Source: a bacterium | GTDB taxonomy: Bacteria > UBA10199 > 2-02-FULL-44-16 > DYJF01 | NCBI GenBank assembly: GCA_041739675.1 | Contig: JBGSNL010000070.1 | Location: 1 to 15,944 of the forward strand | DNA length: 15,944 nucleotides | Direction of reading: 5' to 3' | Part shown: piece by piece, positions 7,771 to 15,944 of the stretch | How positions within the stretch are numbered: the first letter of the stretch is position 1 | Layout of the letters: every line of letters begins with the position of its first letter | Notes under the pieces: generated by a model | What the model was told of the DNA's origin: nothing | The model's database searches: none | Seen by the model: only the letters and a program-made list of their open reading frames with translations | Program-made: the position numbers and the translations under genes

Positions 7771-8594
7771 CCGAGGCCCTGGGCGTCATTGCGGACAAGG
7801 AGACGCGCTTTCCTCTCCTTGCGGGCGGCACGGACCTCATCGTCCAATGGGGCGGGCGCATGCCCGAGGGAATCGTCGATATCGGCGGCGTTGAAGAGTT
7901 GAAGCTCATCGTCCAGCGGGAAAATGTGGTTGAGATCGGCGCGCTCGTCACGCATGGGACTATCGTTGCAAGCAAGATCGTGCAGCGCGATTGCTCCGCG
8001 TTAGTCGACGCGTGCAAAACCGTGGGCGCAATTCAGATACAAAACCGCGGCACGATAGGCGGAAACATTGTCAACGCAAGTCCCGCAGGCGATACGCCTC
8101 CGGTGCTCATGGCCTTCGATGCAAAGGTGGAGCTCACGAGCCTGGCCGGCAGGCGGCACATTCCACTGCGGGAGTTTTATCTCTCTTACAGGAAGACCGC
8201 TCTAAAACCTGATGAAATCTTAACTAGGGTGATCATTCCAAAGCCGAAGCCCGGAGAGAGCGCGACTTTTTACAAGATTGGAACGCGCAAGGCGCAGGCG
8301 ATCTCGAAGGTCGTGATGTGCGTGCGCTCAATAATTCAAAATGAAATAGTTGAAGACATCGCAATCGCACTTGGAAGCGTCGCTCCCACTGTCGTCCGCG
8401 CGCCAAAGACCGAAAAGTTTCTTATGGGAAAAAAGTTGAATGAAAATATTATAGATGAAGCGAGAAAATCGCTTGCTGAAGAAATAAAACCCATCGACGA
8501 TATCCGCTCCACCGCCGACTACCGCAAATTTGTTGCAGCAAATCTTCTGGGCCGCTATCTCACCGATACCTTCTTGCGATCCCCATCAGCGTGA
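7743..8594 (+). CDS. Xanthine dehydrogenase family FAD-binding medium subunit (CoxM/CutM type)
   Basis: LLAGGTDL, EIGALVT, QIQNRGTIGGNIVNASPAGD, PIDDIRSTADYR. Start set to ATG 7743 (MRYFK), overlapping the small subunit. Confidence 0.95.
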   Translation: MRYFKCENLTEALGVIADKETRFPLLAGGTDLIVQWGGRMPEGIVDIGGVEELKLIVQRENVVEIGALVTHGTIVASKIVQRDCSALVDACKTVGAIQIQNRGTIGGNIVNASPAGDTPPVLMAFDAKVELTSLAGRRHIPLREFYLSYRKTALKPDEILTRVIIPKPKPGESATFYKIGTRKAQAISKVVMCVRSIIQNEIVEDIAIALGSVAPTVVRAPKTEKFLMGKKLNENIIDEARKSLAEEIKPIDDIRSTADYRKFVAANLLGRYLTDTFLRSPSA

Positions 8595-10101
8595 TTTCGT
8601 CGTCGCCCGTACGTTTCAAAAAGACGTCGACTGGCGGCAGCCACCACTCGTCTCCCGGCTTCTTTGACTGAATCTCCAGGACATAGAGGCGCTTCTTGAG
8701 GATGCGGCCCACAAGGTCGCTTTCGATGGAGGCATTCGTATCCGCTGTATCGGTCCAGTCTTTGAGTATCGCGCGCTCTCTCTCCGTTTTGAGCCTGTAG
8801 CGATAGACGTTCTTGCCGCTAAGGTCATCGAAATCGAGAAGAAGACTCTCCCCATCCTTTAGAAGATTGAAATTTGAAAGGGGAGATAGTTTTTCGAACG
8901 CGTAGGCAATTGTCTTATCCTTTCTGTCGACTAGCATCTTAACGACTGCGTCGCGCTTATCCTTACTTGCGTATTTCGCTTCATCCACAGCGGCGGCGAT
9001 CGCATCGTTCGAGATGCGTGAAAGAATCGCTGCTGCCCAGAATGCGTCGCGAGACGTTCTGTTTGCGAACGCGGCGTTCGGGAAAAACGGGTTCCATTTC
9101 GCCGGATCGTAGAGCCCCTGTTCCTCCGATTTCCTGTAAGTTCCGAGAGTGCTGTCGGTGCGCAAAATATAGTGGGTGATGAAACCGACGTCATCGCCGG
9201 TTGCAACGAAGAAATCTCCGGTCTGCTCGTCGTCCATCACTGTACAGTCAAGAAATGCGCAGAAAGTTGCAAGGCCGCGAAGCTCGCGGCGATGTTCGTG
9301 CGGGATGCGGTCGTTTTTTTTGTCGTCGGAGCGTTTGCCTGAAAATGAAAACGGCCCCAGCGGAATGCCTTCCTCTTCCGCAAGCATGGCTGCGCGGGCC
9401 GTTTCCGTCCTTGGATCCTCCGCCACCAAGCAGAGGAGCCTGTCCAGGTCCTCGGAAGTCGCCGGAACCTCCTCTCCGTACTTCGTCGTCGTCACAGCGG
9501 CGGGCGAAATAACGAGCTTCGAACGGTCGACGCCCACGATGTGGCTCTCCGGTAAATTGTATCCTGCGGCATAAAGCAGACGGTTCGCGATGATGGTGGC
9601 ACTTGTCGCCGATTCGGGATGCTGGGAGTCGTCAAAAATCAGAAGATAATGGGCGCCATCCTTGTCTTCGACGATTATTTCAGGTGACAGCTCGGCCCGG
9701 CCTACCCACACGACTTCAAGCGTGTCCTTCACGCTGGGCGCCTTTCCCGTGCCCGATCCCAGCGCAACCTGCGCGGGGGTCATATCGAAGCGGCCTATGC
9801 GGTTCGTGAACCATGTTGAATCCGGCGCCTCGTCGAAATTGTCAACGTTGAGCGCCTCCTCGTTTCCACCAGTCACCACTTTAGGAACGCCTATGAAGGA
9901 TGAGACTTTCTGGAACATAGCAAGCTGGTAGCGTTCATACTCGCCCACTGCGTAGCTGTAGCGCCAGCGTTCCGTGGGCTCCGCGATCGGCGTCATGTCG
10001 TTATCTTTAATCCATCTCGACGGCGGATAACGCAGCGCCGACGATGCCGCGCAACCGCTCAAAAAAATCATACCAGTGATGATCAGGAAAAGTTTTTTCA
10101 T
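8560..10101 (-). CDS. Hypothetical lipoprotein, probable kinase-like fold with degenerate catalytic motifs
   Basis: Start ATG 10101 (MKKLFLIITGMIFLSG|C, lipobox LSGC) overlaps the Omp85 stop as ATGA; 513 aa. Conserved-looking blocks ALNVDNFDEAPDSTWFTNRIG, NDRIPHEHRRELRGL, PNAAF..T.RDAFWAA. The fold assignment is inference. Confidence 0.75.
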   Translation of the reverse strand: MKKLFLIITGMIFLSGCAASSALRYPPSRWIKDNDMTPIAEPTERWRYSYAVGEYERYQLAMFQKVSSFIGVPKVVTGGNEEALNVDNFDEAPDSTWFTNRIGRFDMTPAQVALGSGTGKAPSVKDTLEVVWVGRAELSPEIIVEDKDGAHYLLIFDDSQHPESATSATIIANRLLYAAGYNLPESHIVGVDRSKLVISPAAVTTTKYGEEVPATSEDLDRLLCLVAEDPRTETARAAMLAEEEGIPLGPFSFSGKRSDDKKNDRIPHEHRRELRGLATFCAFLDCTVMDDEQTGDFFVATGDDVGFITHYILRTDSTLGTYRKSEEQGLYDPAKWNPFFPNAAFANRTSRDAFWAAAILSRISNDAIAAAVDEAKYASKDKRDAVVKMLVDRKDKTIAYAFEKLSPLSNFNLLKDGESLLLDFDDLSGKNVYRYRLKTERERAILKDWTDTADTNASIESDLVGRILKKRLYVLEIQSKKPGDEWWLPPVDVFLKRTGDDEITLMGIARRYR

Positions 10102-11363
10102 AGTGACCTTGACATGCCGAATATAAAGTTGACCCCTTCGCCTCCGTAGGCCACATCCAAACGGAACAACATGAGATTCATCGCCCTCATCCTCAAGCCT
10201 CCCCCGGCGGAGTATTTGAATCCCTTGAAGGAAAAATCGCCGACGCCGTGAAAGACGCGCCCCGTATCGCCGAAGATCACGCCGTCCACCGTGGACCAGA
10301 GGGGCATGCGGTACTCCAAGTTGAAGACGCACATGCCGCGGTCGACGAATCTTTGGCGCTTGAAACCGCGCAGAGGCGAGTAGACGTCAAGGGTCGCCAG
10401 GCGGTAGTAGGGGATCTCGTTTCCGCTCGGGATCTGCTGAAACGTCCATCCCGTGTGAAGGCCCAGCACGCGTCTGGGGCCGCCGAGCCGGATAAATTGT
10501 TTCAGGTCCAGGTTCAGCTGGTTGTAATTGAAGCTTCCCTGTCCGAAGTGCTGATATCGCGCGAGCGTGAGTTTTCTCAAACCTCCGGACTCCGGCAGCG
10601 ATTTGTTGTTCCTGTCATCGTGTTCGATCTTGAGGCCGAAAATTCCATACTGCAGCCATTTTTCAAAACCGGAAAGAGAATTCACCGGGAATATGGAATC
10701 TATGGTGGGGGAGTCTCCCTCTCCGGTCGTTGCCAGGCTGTAGCCCAGGTCCAGGCCCACGGAGAAGTTCTCCAGAGGATGAGCGGCAATTTCGCCCAGA
10801 ATATCGGTTTGATTGATGAGATACTGGCTCTTGTTTCCCTGCTGACTGTCGTTGCCGAAGCCGTAAAAATTCTGGTCGAGAAATCTGAACCACTGTGGAG
10901 AAAACGACCATGAGACGGGCGCTCCGAATATCTCGAAGGCGTCCGGTTTTCCAATCGACGCGCCGGCCTGCTGGTCCATGTTGATGTGGATCCTGTAGTT
11001 GGCAGAAAGCTGGTAGCCGTCGTCGAAGAGATTGATGTGCTTCAGCGCGGGCCCTCCGCCAAATCCGGAGCCGGCGCCACCCTCTATTATGGGATAGACC
11101 CAGAATGTCTTATCATCGTTGGAGAGAAAATCTGCGACCCTCTGCTGGATATGTTTTCTTTCGACGTAGCGGCTCGTGATGCCTAAGGGGAACGTCGCCG
11201 CCTGAAGCGCGTACTTCGGAATCTCAAGGGGAAAGAGCAGGATTTTCTTGTATATGCGGCTGTTGGGCGGTGTTACGGTGACAACCGGGTCGTCTGCCCA
11301 TGCCGCCGGCGCCACGAGAAGACATATTATAATGATGAGGCGTCTGAACAATTTCTCTCCCAC
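10098..11363 (-). CDS. Omp85/BamA-TamA family outer-membrane beta-barrel protein lacking POTRA domains
   Basis: Sec signal peptide (...APAAWA|DD), amphipathic beta strands, NLF, FYGFGN, EHDDRNN..P.SG, loop-6 LRGF motif, NLEYR, IFGDTGRV, YSAGGGLR, RLDVAYG. 421 aa is about a barrel alone. Start is GTG 11363 or TTG 11351. Confidence 0.85.
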   Translation of the reverse strand: MGEKLFRRLIIIICLLVAPAAWADDPVVTVTPPNSRIYKKILLFPLEIPKYALQAATFPLGITSRYVERKHIQQRVADFLSNDDKTFWVYPIIEGGAGSGFGGGPALKHINLFDDGYQLSANYRIHINMDQQAGASIGKPDAFEIFGAPVSWSFSPQWFRFLDQNFYGFGNDSQQGNKSQYLINQTDILGEIAAHPLENFSVGLDLGYSLATTGEGDSPTIDSIFPVNSLSGFEKWLQYGIFGLKIEHDDRNNKSLPESGGLRKLTLARYQHFGQGSFNYNQLNLDLKQFIRLGGPRRVLGLHTGWTFQQIPSGNEIPYYRLATLDVYSPLRGFKRQRFVDRGMCVFNLEYRMPLWSTVDGVIFGDTGRVFHGVGDFSFKGFKYSAGGGLRMRAMNLMLFRLDVAYGGEGVNFIFGMSRSL

Positions 11364-11938
11364 TCATCAGGGGTGTTAATGTTTTTCAGGATGGCCTCGT
11401 CATCCACCGGCAAATGCAGGATATCTCCCGCCCGATGGAGCAAAATATCGAGGCGATCTTTTTGAGGATCCGACTCCGCCACTTTCACGCAAAACGCGCG
11501 CGTGAGATAAACGGGATGACCGCCCTTGCCGTTGAAGACCGGCACGACAGCCGAAAGCGACGGGTTCTTCTCCGCTTCCTTCATTATATTGACAAGTGTC
11601 TGCGCCTTTACGCCGGCCGTGTCCACCGGAAGTATAATGACGCCGTCGATATCATGGTGCAGAAGATGCGAAACGCCGGCATGGATCGACGAGAATTGCC
11701 CCGTCTCCCACGCCTTGTTGACGCACCATGAAACTTCAAGATGCGGATGCGCGCGCACGATCACGTCGGAGCCGGCCCCCACCACGACCACCACGGGTTG
11801 GCACCCGGCATCGCGGAGCAGTTGCGCCTGCGCTGTCAAAAGAGTTTTTTTATCGGGAAATAGAAGAAGAGCCTTGGGTTTCCCCATGCGGCTCGATTCT
11901 CCCGCGGCAAGAATGATCCCCCCGATTTTATTTTGCAT
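11327..11938 (-). CDS. mocA: Molybdenum cofactor cytidylyltransferase (MocA-like nucleotidyltransferase)
   Basis: ILAAGESSRMGKPKALL, GQFSSI..G, LPVD, GHPV, NINTP. Adjacent to xdhC and to an Xdh-family enzyme. Confidence 0.85.
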   Translation of the reverse strand: MQNKIGGIILAAGESSRMGKPKALLLFPDKKTLLTAQAQLLRDAGCQPVVVVVGAGSDVIVRAHPHLEVSWCVNKAWETGQFSSIHAGVSHLLHHDIDGVIILPVDTAGVKAQTLVNIMKEAEKNPSLSAVVPVFNGKGGHPVYLTRAFCVKVAESDPQKDRLDILLHRAGDILHLPVDDEAILKNINTPDEWERNCSDASSL

Positions 11939-12683
11939 TTAGTTGAATCAGTTGAGACACGATTGAAACTGCAATTTCAAACGGTGTTTCGCTTCCGATA
12001 TCCAATCCAATGGGTGTTGTCACGCGCGCAAGCTGCTCCTCGGTTATCCCGCGCGCCTTGTATCGCTCGCGGAATTTTGCCCACTTGGTTCTCGATCCGA
12101 TGCAGCCCAGATACTTGAACGGTTTGTCGAGGCAGTATTCCACGATCGCCTCGTCGTGCTTGTGTTCATGCGTGATGACGATGATGTAAATGCCGTCGTT
12201 GAATTTTATCGTCCGGAGGGCGTCAGTCGGCAACTCGTTCAGTTTTCCGCCAAGCGCCGCGAATGCCGGCAGCCCGATGCGCTCACGGCGTTCGTCGACC
12301 AGCGTCACACTGAAACCCAGTTTCAAAAGCATCGGACAGAGTTCTTCCGCAATATGCCCCGCGCCGAAAACCACGACCTCTTTTTTGGGAAGCGTTGGCT
12401 CTATAAAAATATCTACCTCCCCTCCGCAGCACTGGCCCAGCATCGGGCCCAGAGGATACGACTTGAGTTCCGCCGTCTTGCGCCCGATGATTTCCTTTGC
12501 ATCGGAGATGACCTGATGTTCAAGGGCTCCGCCGCCGATCGTCCCGAAAATTTCCCCTTCGGCGGTTATTATCATCTTGGCGCCCACATGTCTCGGTGCC
12601 GAGCCTGCAACCTTCGCCACAGTTGCCACGGCAAACGGAGTGCGCAACCTCTCAAGCTCCGCAATTTTTTCATAAACATCCAT
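11928..12683 (-). CDS. xdhC: Xanthine dehydrogenase accessory (Moco chaperone) protein XdhC
   Basis: GSAPRHVGAKM, GTIGGGALE, LGQCCGG, FGAGH, THEHKHD, YLGCIGSRTKW, PIGL...TPFEIAVSI. Start set to ATG 12683 (MDVYEK). Confidence 0.93.
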   Translation of the reverse strand: MDVYEKIAELERLRTPFAVATVAKVAGSAPRHVGAKMIITAEGEIFGTIGGGALEHQVISDAKEIIGRKTAELKSYPLGPMLGQCCGGEVDIFIEPTLPKKEVVVFGAGHIAEELCPMLLKLGFSVTLVDERRERIGLPAFAALGGKLNELPTDALRTIKFNDGIYIIVITHEHKHDEAIVEYCLDKPFKYLGCIGSRTKWAKFRERYKARGITEEQLARVTTPIGLDIGSETPFEIAVSIVSQLIQLNAK

Positions 12684-12794
12684 AGACAGCTTAATATCAA
12701 CGCAAAAGGGCGGCAGCAAGGCCAAATTTTTCAATTGACCTATCTGCATACAAGCTCAAATATACAGACTTCAAACACGACAAAAGGGGAGTCT

Positions 12795-14564
12795 ATGAAA
12801 AAGCTGAGCGCGTTTTTTGTCCTGTGTGCTTTTGCGGTTTGCGCGTGCGGCGGCGGCGGAGGAACGCCCCCGACGGTCACTTCGACAAACGCGGCGGGCA
12901 AGAGGATCTATCCCACCAGCGCAATTTCGGTCACATTCTCAGCCGCCATGGATCAGGCAAGCGTCGAGGCGGCCTTTCAGATCAGCGGGAGCGGGCCGAT
13001 AGAGGGCGCGTTCGCATGGGCGGACAACACGGTGACGTTCACTCCGGCAGCGCTTCTCAAGACGAACCACCTTTATACGATGACCATACAGACGAGCGCC
13101 AGAGATGCACAGGGGAACGCTCTGGCTGCGGTATACACGCAGGCCTTCGAACCCAAGATCAACATGCACGACGTGAATGGCGACGGGATAGACGATTTTG
13201 TGGTGAGCGCACCTAATAACGACGAAAACGGGACAAATAGCGGAATGCTCTATCTCTTCCTGGGAAAAACGGGCTGGTCGAACGTCGATCTGTCAGCGCA
13301 GACGGCCGACGCCCAGTACAGCGTGTCCGGAGGTACCGAGCTGCAATTCGGTTTTTTCACGAACATCGTCGGCGACATCAACGGCGACGGTTTCGCGGAT
13401 ATTGTAGCCGGCTCTCCCCAGACGACCGGCGGCGGAACAGCGGCCGGCTTTATCATCATTATATACGGCTCGGCCGCGCCGGCCGGCAGAATTTTTACGC
13501 TGGCTGACACCGATGCCGACGTCCTGGTCGGTCCCGCTGCGGACACTCACCTCGGCGAGGGTGTTTATCCGGCGGGGGACGTCAACGGCGACGGGCTTGG
13601 AGATTTCATAGTGGGCGGCGAGTTTCCCCCGAACGACTCTCAGTTCTGGCTGGTGCTTGGAAAAACGACGCCTTACGGATTCATGCAGCCCGTCACAAAC
13701 TTTTCAGCGGCAAACTACATTGTCAGCGACAGTTTGGGACTTGCCGCCCAGCCGTTTAACTCCTGCGACGTCAACGGCGACGAACTGGACGACATTGTCT
13801 TGTCCGCGCCGAACGCTGCCGGCGGCGGCACGGACCGCGGGCTGGCGTATTTCATCGCGGCCTCTGCGACTCTTTCCAATCTCGATCTGAGGAGCCAGGC
13901 GCCCACCGCTCTTTTCACGGGGGCGCAAGACGGCGATCATATGGGGTTCATACCGGGCTGTGCGGACGTGAACAGCGATGGATACGACGATCTGATATTG
14001 AGTGCGCCTGGAGGCGGTTCGGCAAAAGGCGTGAATTATCTAGTGCTGGGCTCCGCTTCTCCCGTGAGCTTGAATTTTGCGACCGACAGCGCATCGGCGG
14101 TGTTCACGGGCGCTACGACGACCACGGAGATGGGATTTTCTTCATCTATGCAGGGCGATGTGAATAATGACGGATATAATGATATGATATTCGGAGCTCC
14201 GCTTTCAACCACAGGCGGGGTGAATATGGGAGAGGCGTTTCTCTTTTTCGGATCGGCAACACCGGCGAGCGTTGACTTGAGCGCGGGCGGGGCGGCCGGC
14301 GCTACATTCACAGGGGAGGCGCCGCCAACCGGCTTGCACACAGTGTTCGGTCTTTCGAAACCGGTCGGAGATATCAACGGCGACGGGATAGACGATATGC
14401 TCTTCAATGCCCCCGGGGCGCCCGACGGTTCGCTGCGTGGAGTTCTCTACATAGTTTTTGGATCGACAACGCCCGTCAGTCTGAATTTTGGGACCGACAG
14501 CGCAAATGCGACGGTCACGGGGCATGCAAACGGGGATATATTGACGCTCTCTCCACTGATATGA
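12795..14564 (+). CDS. Surface lipoprotein with Ig-like (Big_5/SbsA type) domain and seven FG-GAP repeats (integrin-alpha-like beta-propeller)
   Basis: SD AGGGGAG before ATG 12795. Signal [23 protein letters not shown]. Ig domain PPTVTST...[10 protein letters not shown]...TFTP...RDAQGNAL. Seven D(V/I)NxD(G/E)xxD Ca-binding loops. The ORF-track start at 12156 is antisense to xdhC. Confidence 0.88.
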   Translation: MKKLSAFFVLCAFAVCACGGGGGTPPTVTSTNAAGKRIYPTSAISVTFSAAMDQASVEAAFQISGSGPIEGAFAWADNTVTFTPAALLKTNHLYTMTIQTSARDAQGNALAAVYTQAFEPKINMHDVNGDGIDDFVVSAPNNDENGTNSGMLYLFLGKTGWSNVDLSAQTADAQYSVSGGTELQFGFFTNIVGDINGDGFADIVAGSPQTTGGGTAAGFIIIIYGSAAPAGRIFTLADTDADVLVGPAADTHLGEGVYPAGDVNGDGLGDFIVGGEFPPNDSQFWLVLGKTTPYGFMQPVTNFSAANYIVSDSLGLAAQPFNSCDVNGDELDDIVLSAPNAAGGGTDRGLAYFIAASATLSNLDLRSQAPTALFTGAQDGDHMGFIPGCADVNSDGYDDLILSAPGGGSAKGVNYLVLGSASPVSLNFATDSASAVFTGATTTTEMGFSSSMQGDVNNDGYNDMIFGAPLSTTGGVNMGEAFLFFGSATPASVDLSAGGAAGATFTGEAPPTGLHTVFGLSKPVGDINGDGIDDMLFNAPGAPDGSLRGVLYIVFGSTTPVSLNFGTDSANATVTGHANGDILTLSPLI

Positions 14565-14577
14565 CGGGGAAATATCG

Positions 14578-14784
14578 ATGAAAAAAAATCATTGTCCCCT
14601 GTGCGGCAAGCCTGCGGCGGAGGAAAATAATCCGTACGCGCCGTTTTGCTCGGAGCGATGCAAGCTGATAGATCTCGGCCAGTGGGCGTCGGGAAAATAC
14701 GCTATCCCCGGCGAAAAGGTGCAGGCAGAGCAGGAGCCGGGCGGGGAAGCAGGCGAGGAAGAAAATAAGGAAGAAAAGAAATGA
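14578..14784 (+). CDS. yacG: DNA gyrase inhibitor YacG (zinc finger)
   Basis: CPLCGK...[24 protein letters not shown] with an acidic tail; 68 aa. Confidence 0.93.
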   Translation: MKKNHCPLCGKPAAEENNPYAPFCSERCKLIDLGQWASGKYAIPGEKVQAEQEPGGEAGEEENKEEKK

Positions 14785-15944
14785 AGAGGGGCAAGCTCAC
14801 AGGTTATCGCGCGCGCATCATCAATCCCAAGCCGGCAGGCGGGGCTGAGGATATCAAAGACGGCCTGCTGGTCGTTGACGGAGCGGGTAAAATTGTTTCG
14901 TGCGCCCCTCACCCCAACCCTCTCCCACGAGGGGAGAGGGGGATGAAAATCGTCGATCTTCGCCGCCATCTCATAATCCCGGGCCTTGTCGATTGCCATC
15001 TGCATCTGCCGCAGCTCGATTGCCGCGGCAAACACGGCAAGACTCTTTTGGGCTGGCTCAATCAATATATATTCCCAGCCGAAATGGCCTTCAAGGATCT
15101 GCGAATCGTGGATGACGTCGGCAAACGCTTTTTCAAAAAACTCATTCTGAACGGAACAACGACGGCCGCGATTTATGTTACGGTCCACGAGCACGCAACC
15201 GATCACGCCTTCAAGCTGGCCAAGGCGTGCGGCGTGCGTGCCGTCATCGGCAAGGTGATGATGGATCAAAACGCGCCGGATGGCTTAAAAGAGCAGACGA
15301 ACTGGTCTTTAAAACAAAGCGAGATGCTTGCCGAGAAGTGGCATTGCACCGCGGGAGGGCGGCTTCGCTATGCCTTCACTCCGCGCTTTGCGCCCACGTG
15401 CAGTAAAAAACTATTCGAAGAGGTGGGCAAGCTTCTGAATAAAACCGGCGCGTATCTGCAAAGCCACATTGCGGAGACGAAAGCGGAAAACGAAAAGGTG
15501 CGCGAACTTTATCCCGAATTTCCTGACGCGTTTTCAGTTTTTGAAAGGACCGGTTGCGCGGGCCCCAAAACAATTCTGGGCCACGCAATCCACATGAGCG
15601 ACGATGAATATAAAAGAATGGCCGACTCATGCACAAAGATCGCCCATTGCCCGACCTCAAACTTTTTCCTGAAAAGCGGATGGATGCCGGTTTCGCGCAT
15701 TGAAAAAGCGGGCATCACGTACGGTTTGGGCACGGACGTAGGAGCGGGTACCTCTATATCTCTCTTCACAGAGATGCGCCACGCCGACTACACCCAGCTT
15801 GAAACGTCGGTCAGCCCTCAAAAGGCCTTCTATCTTGCCACAATGGGAGGGGCCGCAACCCTTTCAATGGAAGAGGAGATAGGAAATTTCGATGCGGGAA
15901 AATGGGCGGACTTTCTGGTGCTTGATATCAGAAAAATAGATTAT
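14781..15944 (+). CDS. guaD: Guanine deaminase (amidohydrolase superfamily), truncated by window end
   Basis: Not in ORF track (no stop in window). Manual translation from ATG 14781 is open for 388 codons: [100 protein letters not shown]. Confidence 0.95.
   Translation, partial: MKRGKLTGYRARIINPKPAGGAEDIKDGLLVVDGAGKIVSCAPHPNPLPRGERGMKIVDLRRHLIIPGLVDCHLHLPQLDCRGKHGKTLLGWLNQYIFPAEMAFKDLRIVDDVGKRFFKKLILNGTTTAAIYVTVHEHATDHAFKLAKACGVRAVIGKVMMDQNAPDGLKEQTNWSLKQSEMLAEKWHCTAGGRLRYAFTPRFAPTCSKKLFEEVGKLLNKTGAYLQSHIAETKAENEKVRELYPEFPDAFSVFERTGCAGPKTILGHAIHMSDDEYKRMADSCTKIAHCPTSNFFLKSGWMPVSRIEKAGITYGLGTDVGAGTSISLFTEMRHADYTQLETSVSPQKAFYLATMGGAATLSMEEEIGNFDAGKWADFLVLDIRKIDY
14905..14942 (+). repeat. BoxC/REP-like palindromic element inside the guaD coding sequence
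   Basis: CCCCTCACCCCAA-CCCTCTCCC-ACGAG-GGGAGAGGG-GG: pyrimidine tail plus a perfect 9-bp stem (14918-14926 / 14932-14940). Confidence 0.75.

Noticed and set aside
12156..12794. N-terminal 213-aa extension of the FG-GAP ORF
   Set aside because: It is antisense to xdhC; the real start with SD and signal peptide is at 12795.
13140..14400. Recurring GACGTCAACGGCGACGG-like DNA repeats as CRISPR or tandem repeat
   Set aside because: These are degenerate coding repeats of the FG-GAP Ca-binding loops.
1740..15944. Genomic island or prophage integrated at tRNA-Gly
   Set aside because: No integrase, transposase or phage gene is present, and the only tRNA-end repeat seen is 165 bp away.

Overview
Gene-dense bacterial window, probably from a diderm organism (it encodes an Omp85-type outer-membrane barrel and two lipoproteins). 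Most of it is a purine-utilisation and molybdenum-cofactor locus: an NCS2/AzgA-type purine permease, tRNA-Gly(CCC), a minus-strand moaC-mogA(fusion)/moaA/MOSC/moeB-like operon, a divergent three-subunit xanthine dehydrogenase-family enzyme, the maturation genes xdhC and mocA, and a guanine deaminase running off the right end. Envelope genes are interleaved. A POTRA-less Omp85/BamA-like barrel is translationally coupled to a kinase-like lipoprotein with degenerate catalytic motifs, at the tail of the xdhC-mocA operon. An Ig-like plus 7x FG-GAP lipoprotein precedes yacG-guaD. Notable oddities: moaA has no ATG/GTG/TTG upstream of its first Fe-S cysteine (ACG sits at the expected start); the tRNA 3' end is duplicated around a nested-hairpin spacer; and a BoxC/REP-like palindrome is translated in frame inside guaD. 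All family assignments come from motif recognition by eye; no searches were run.
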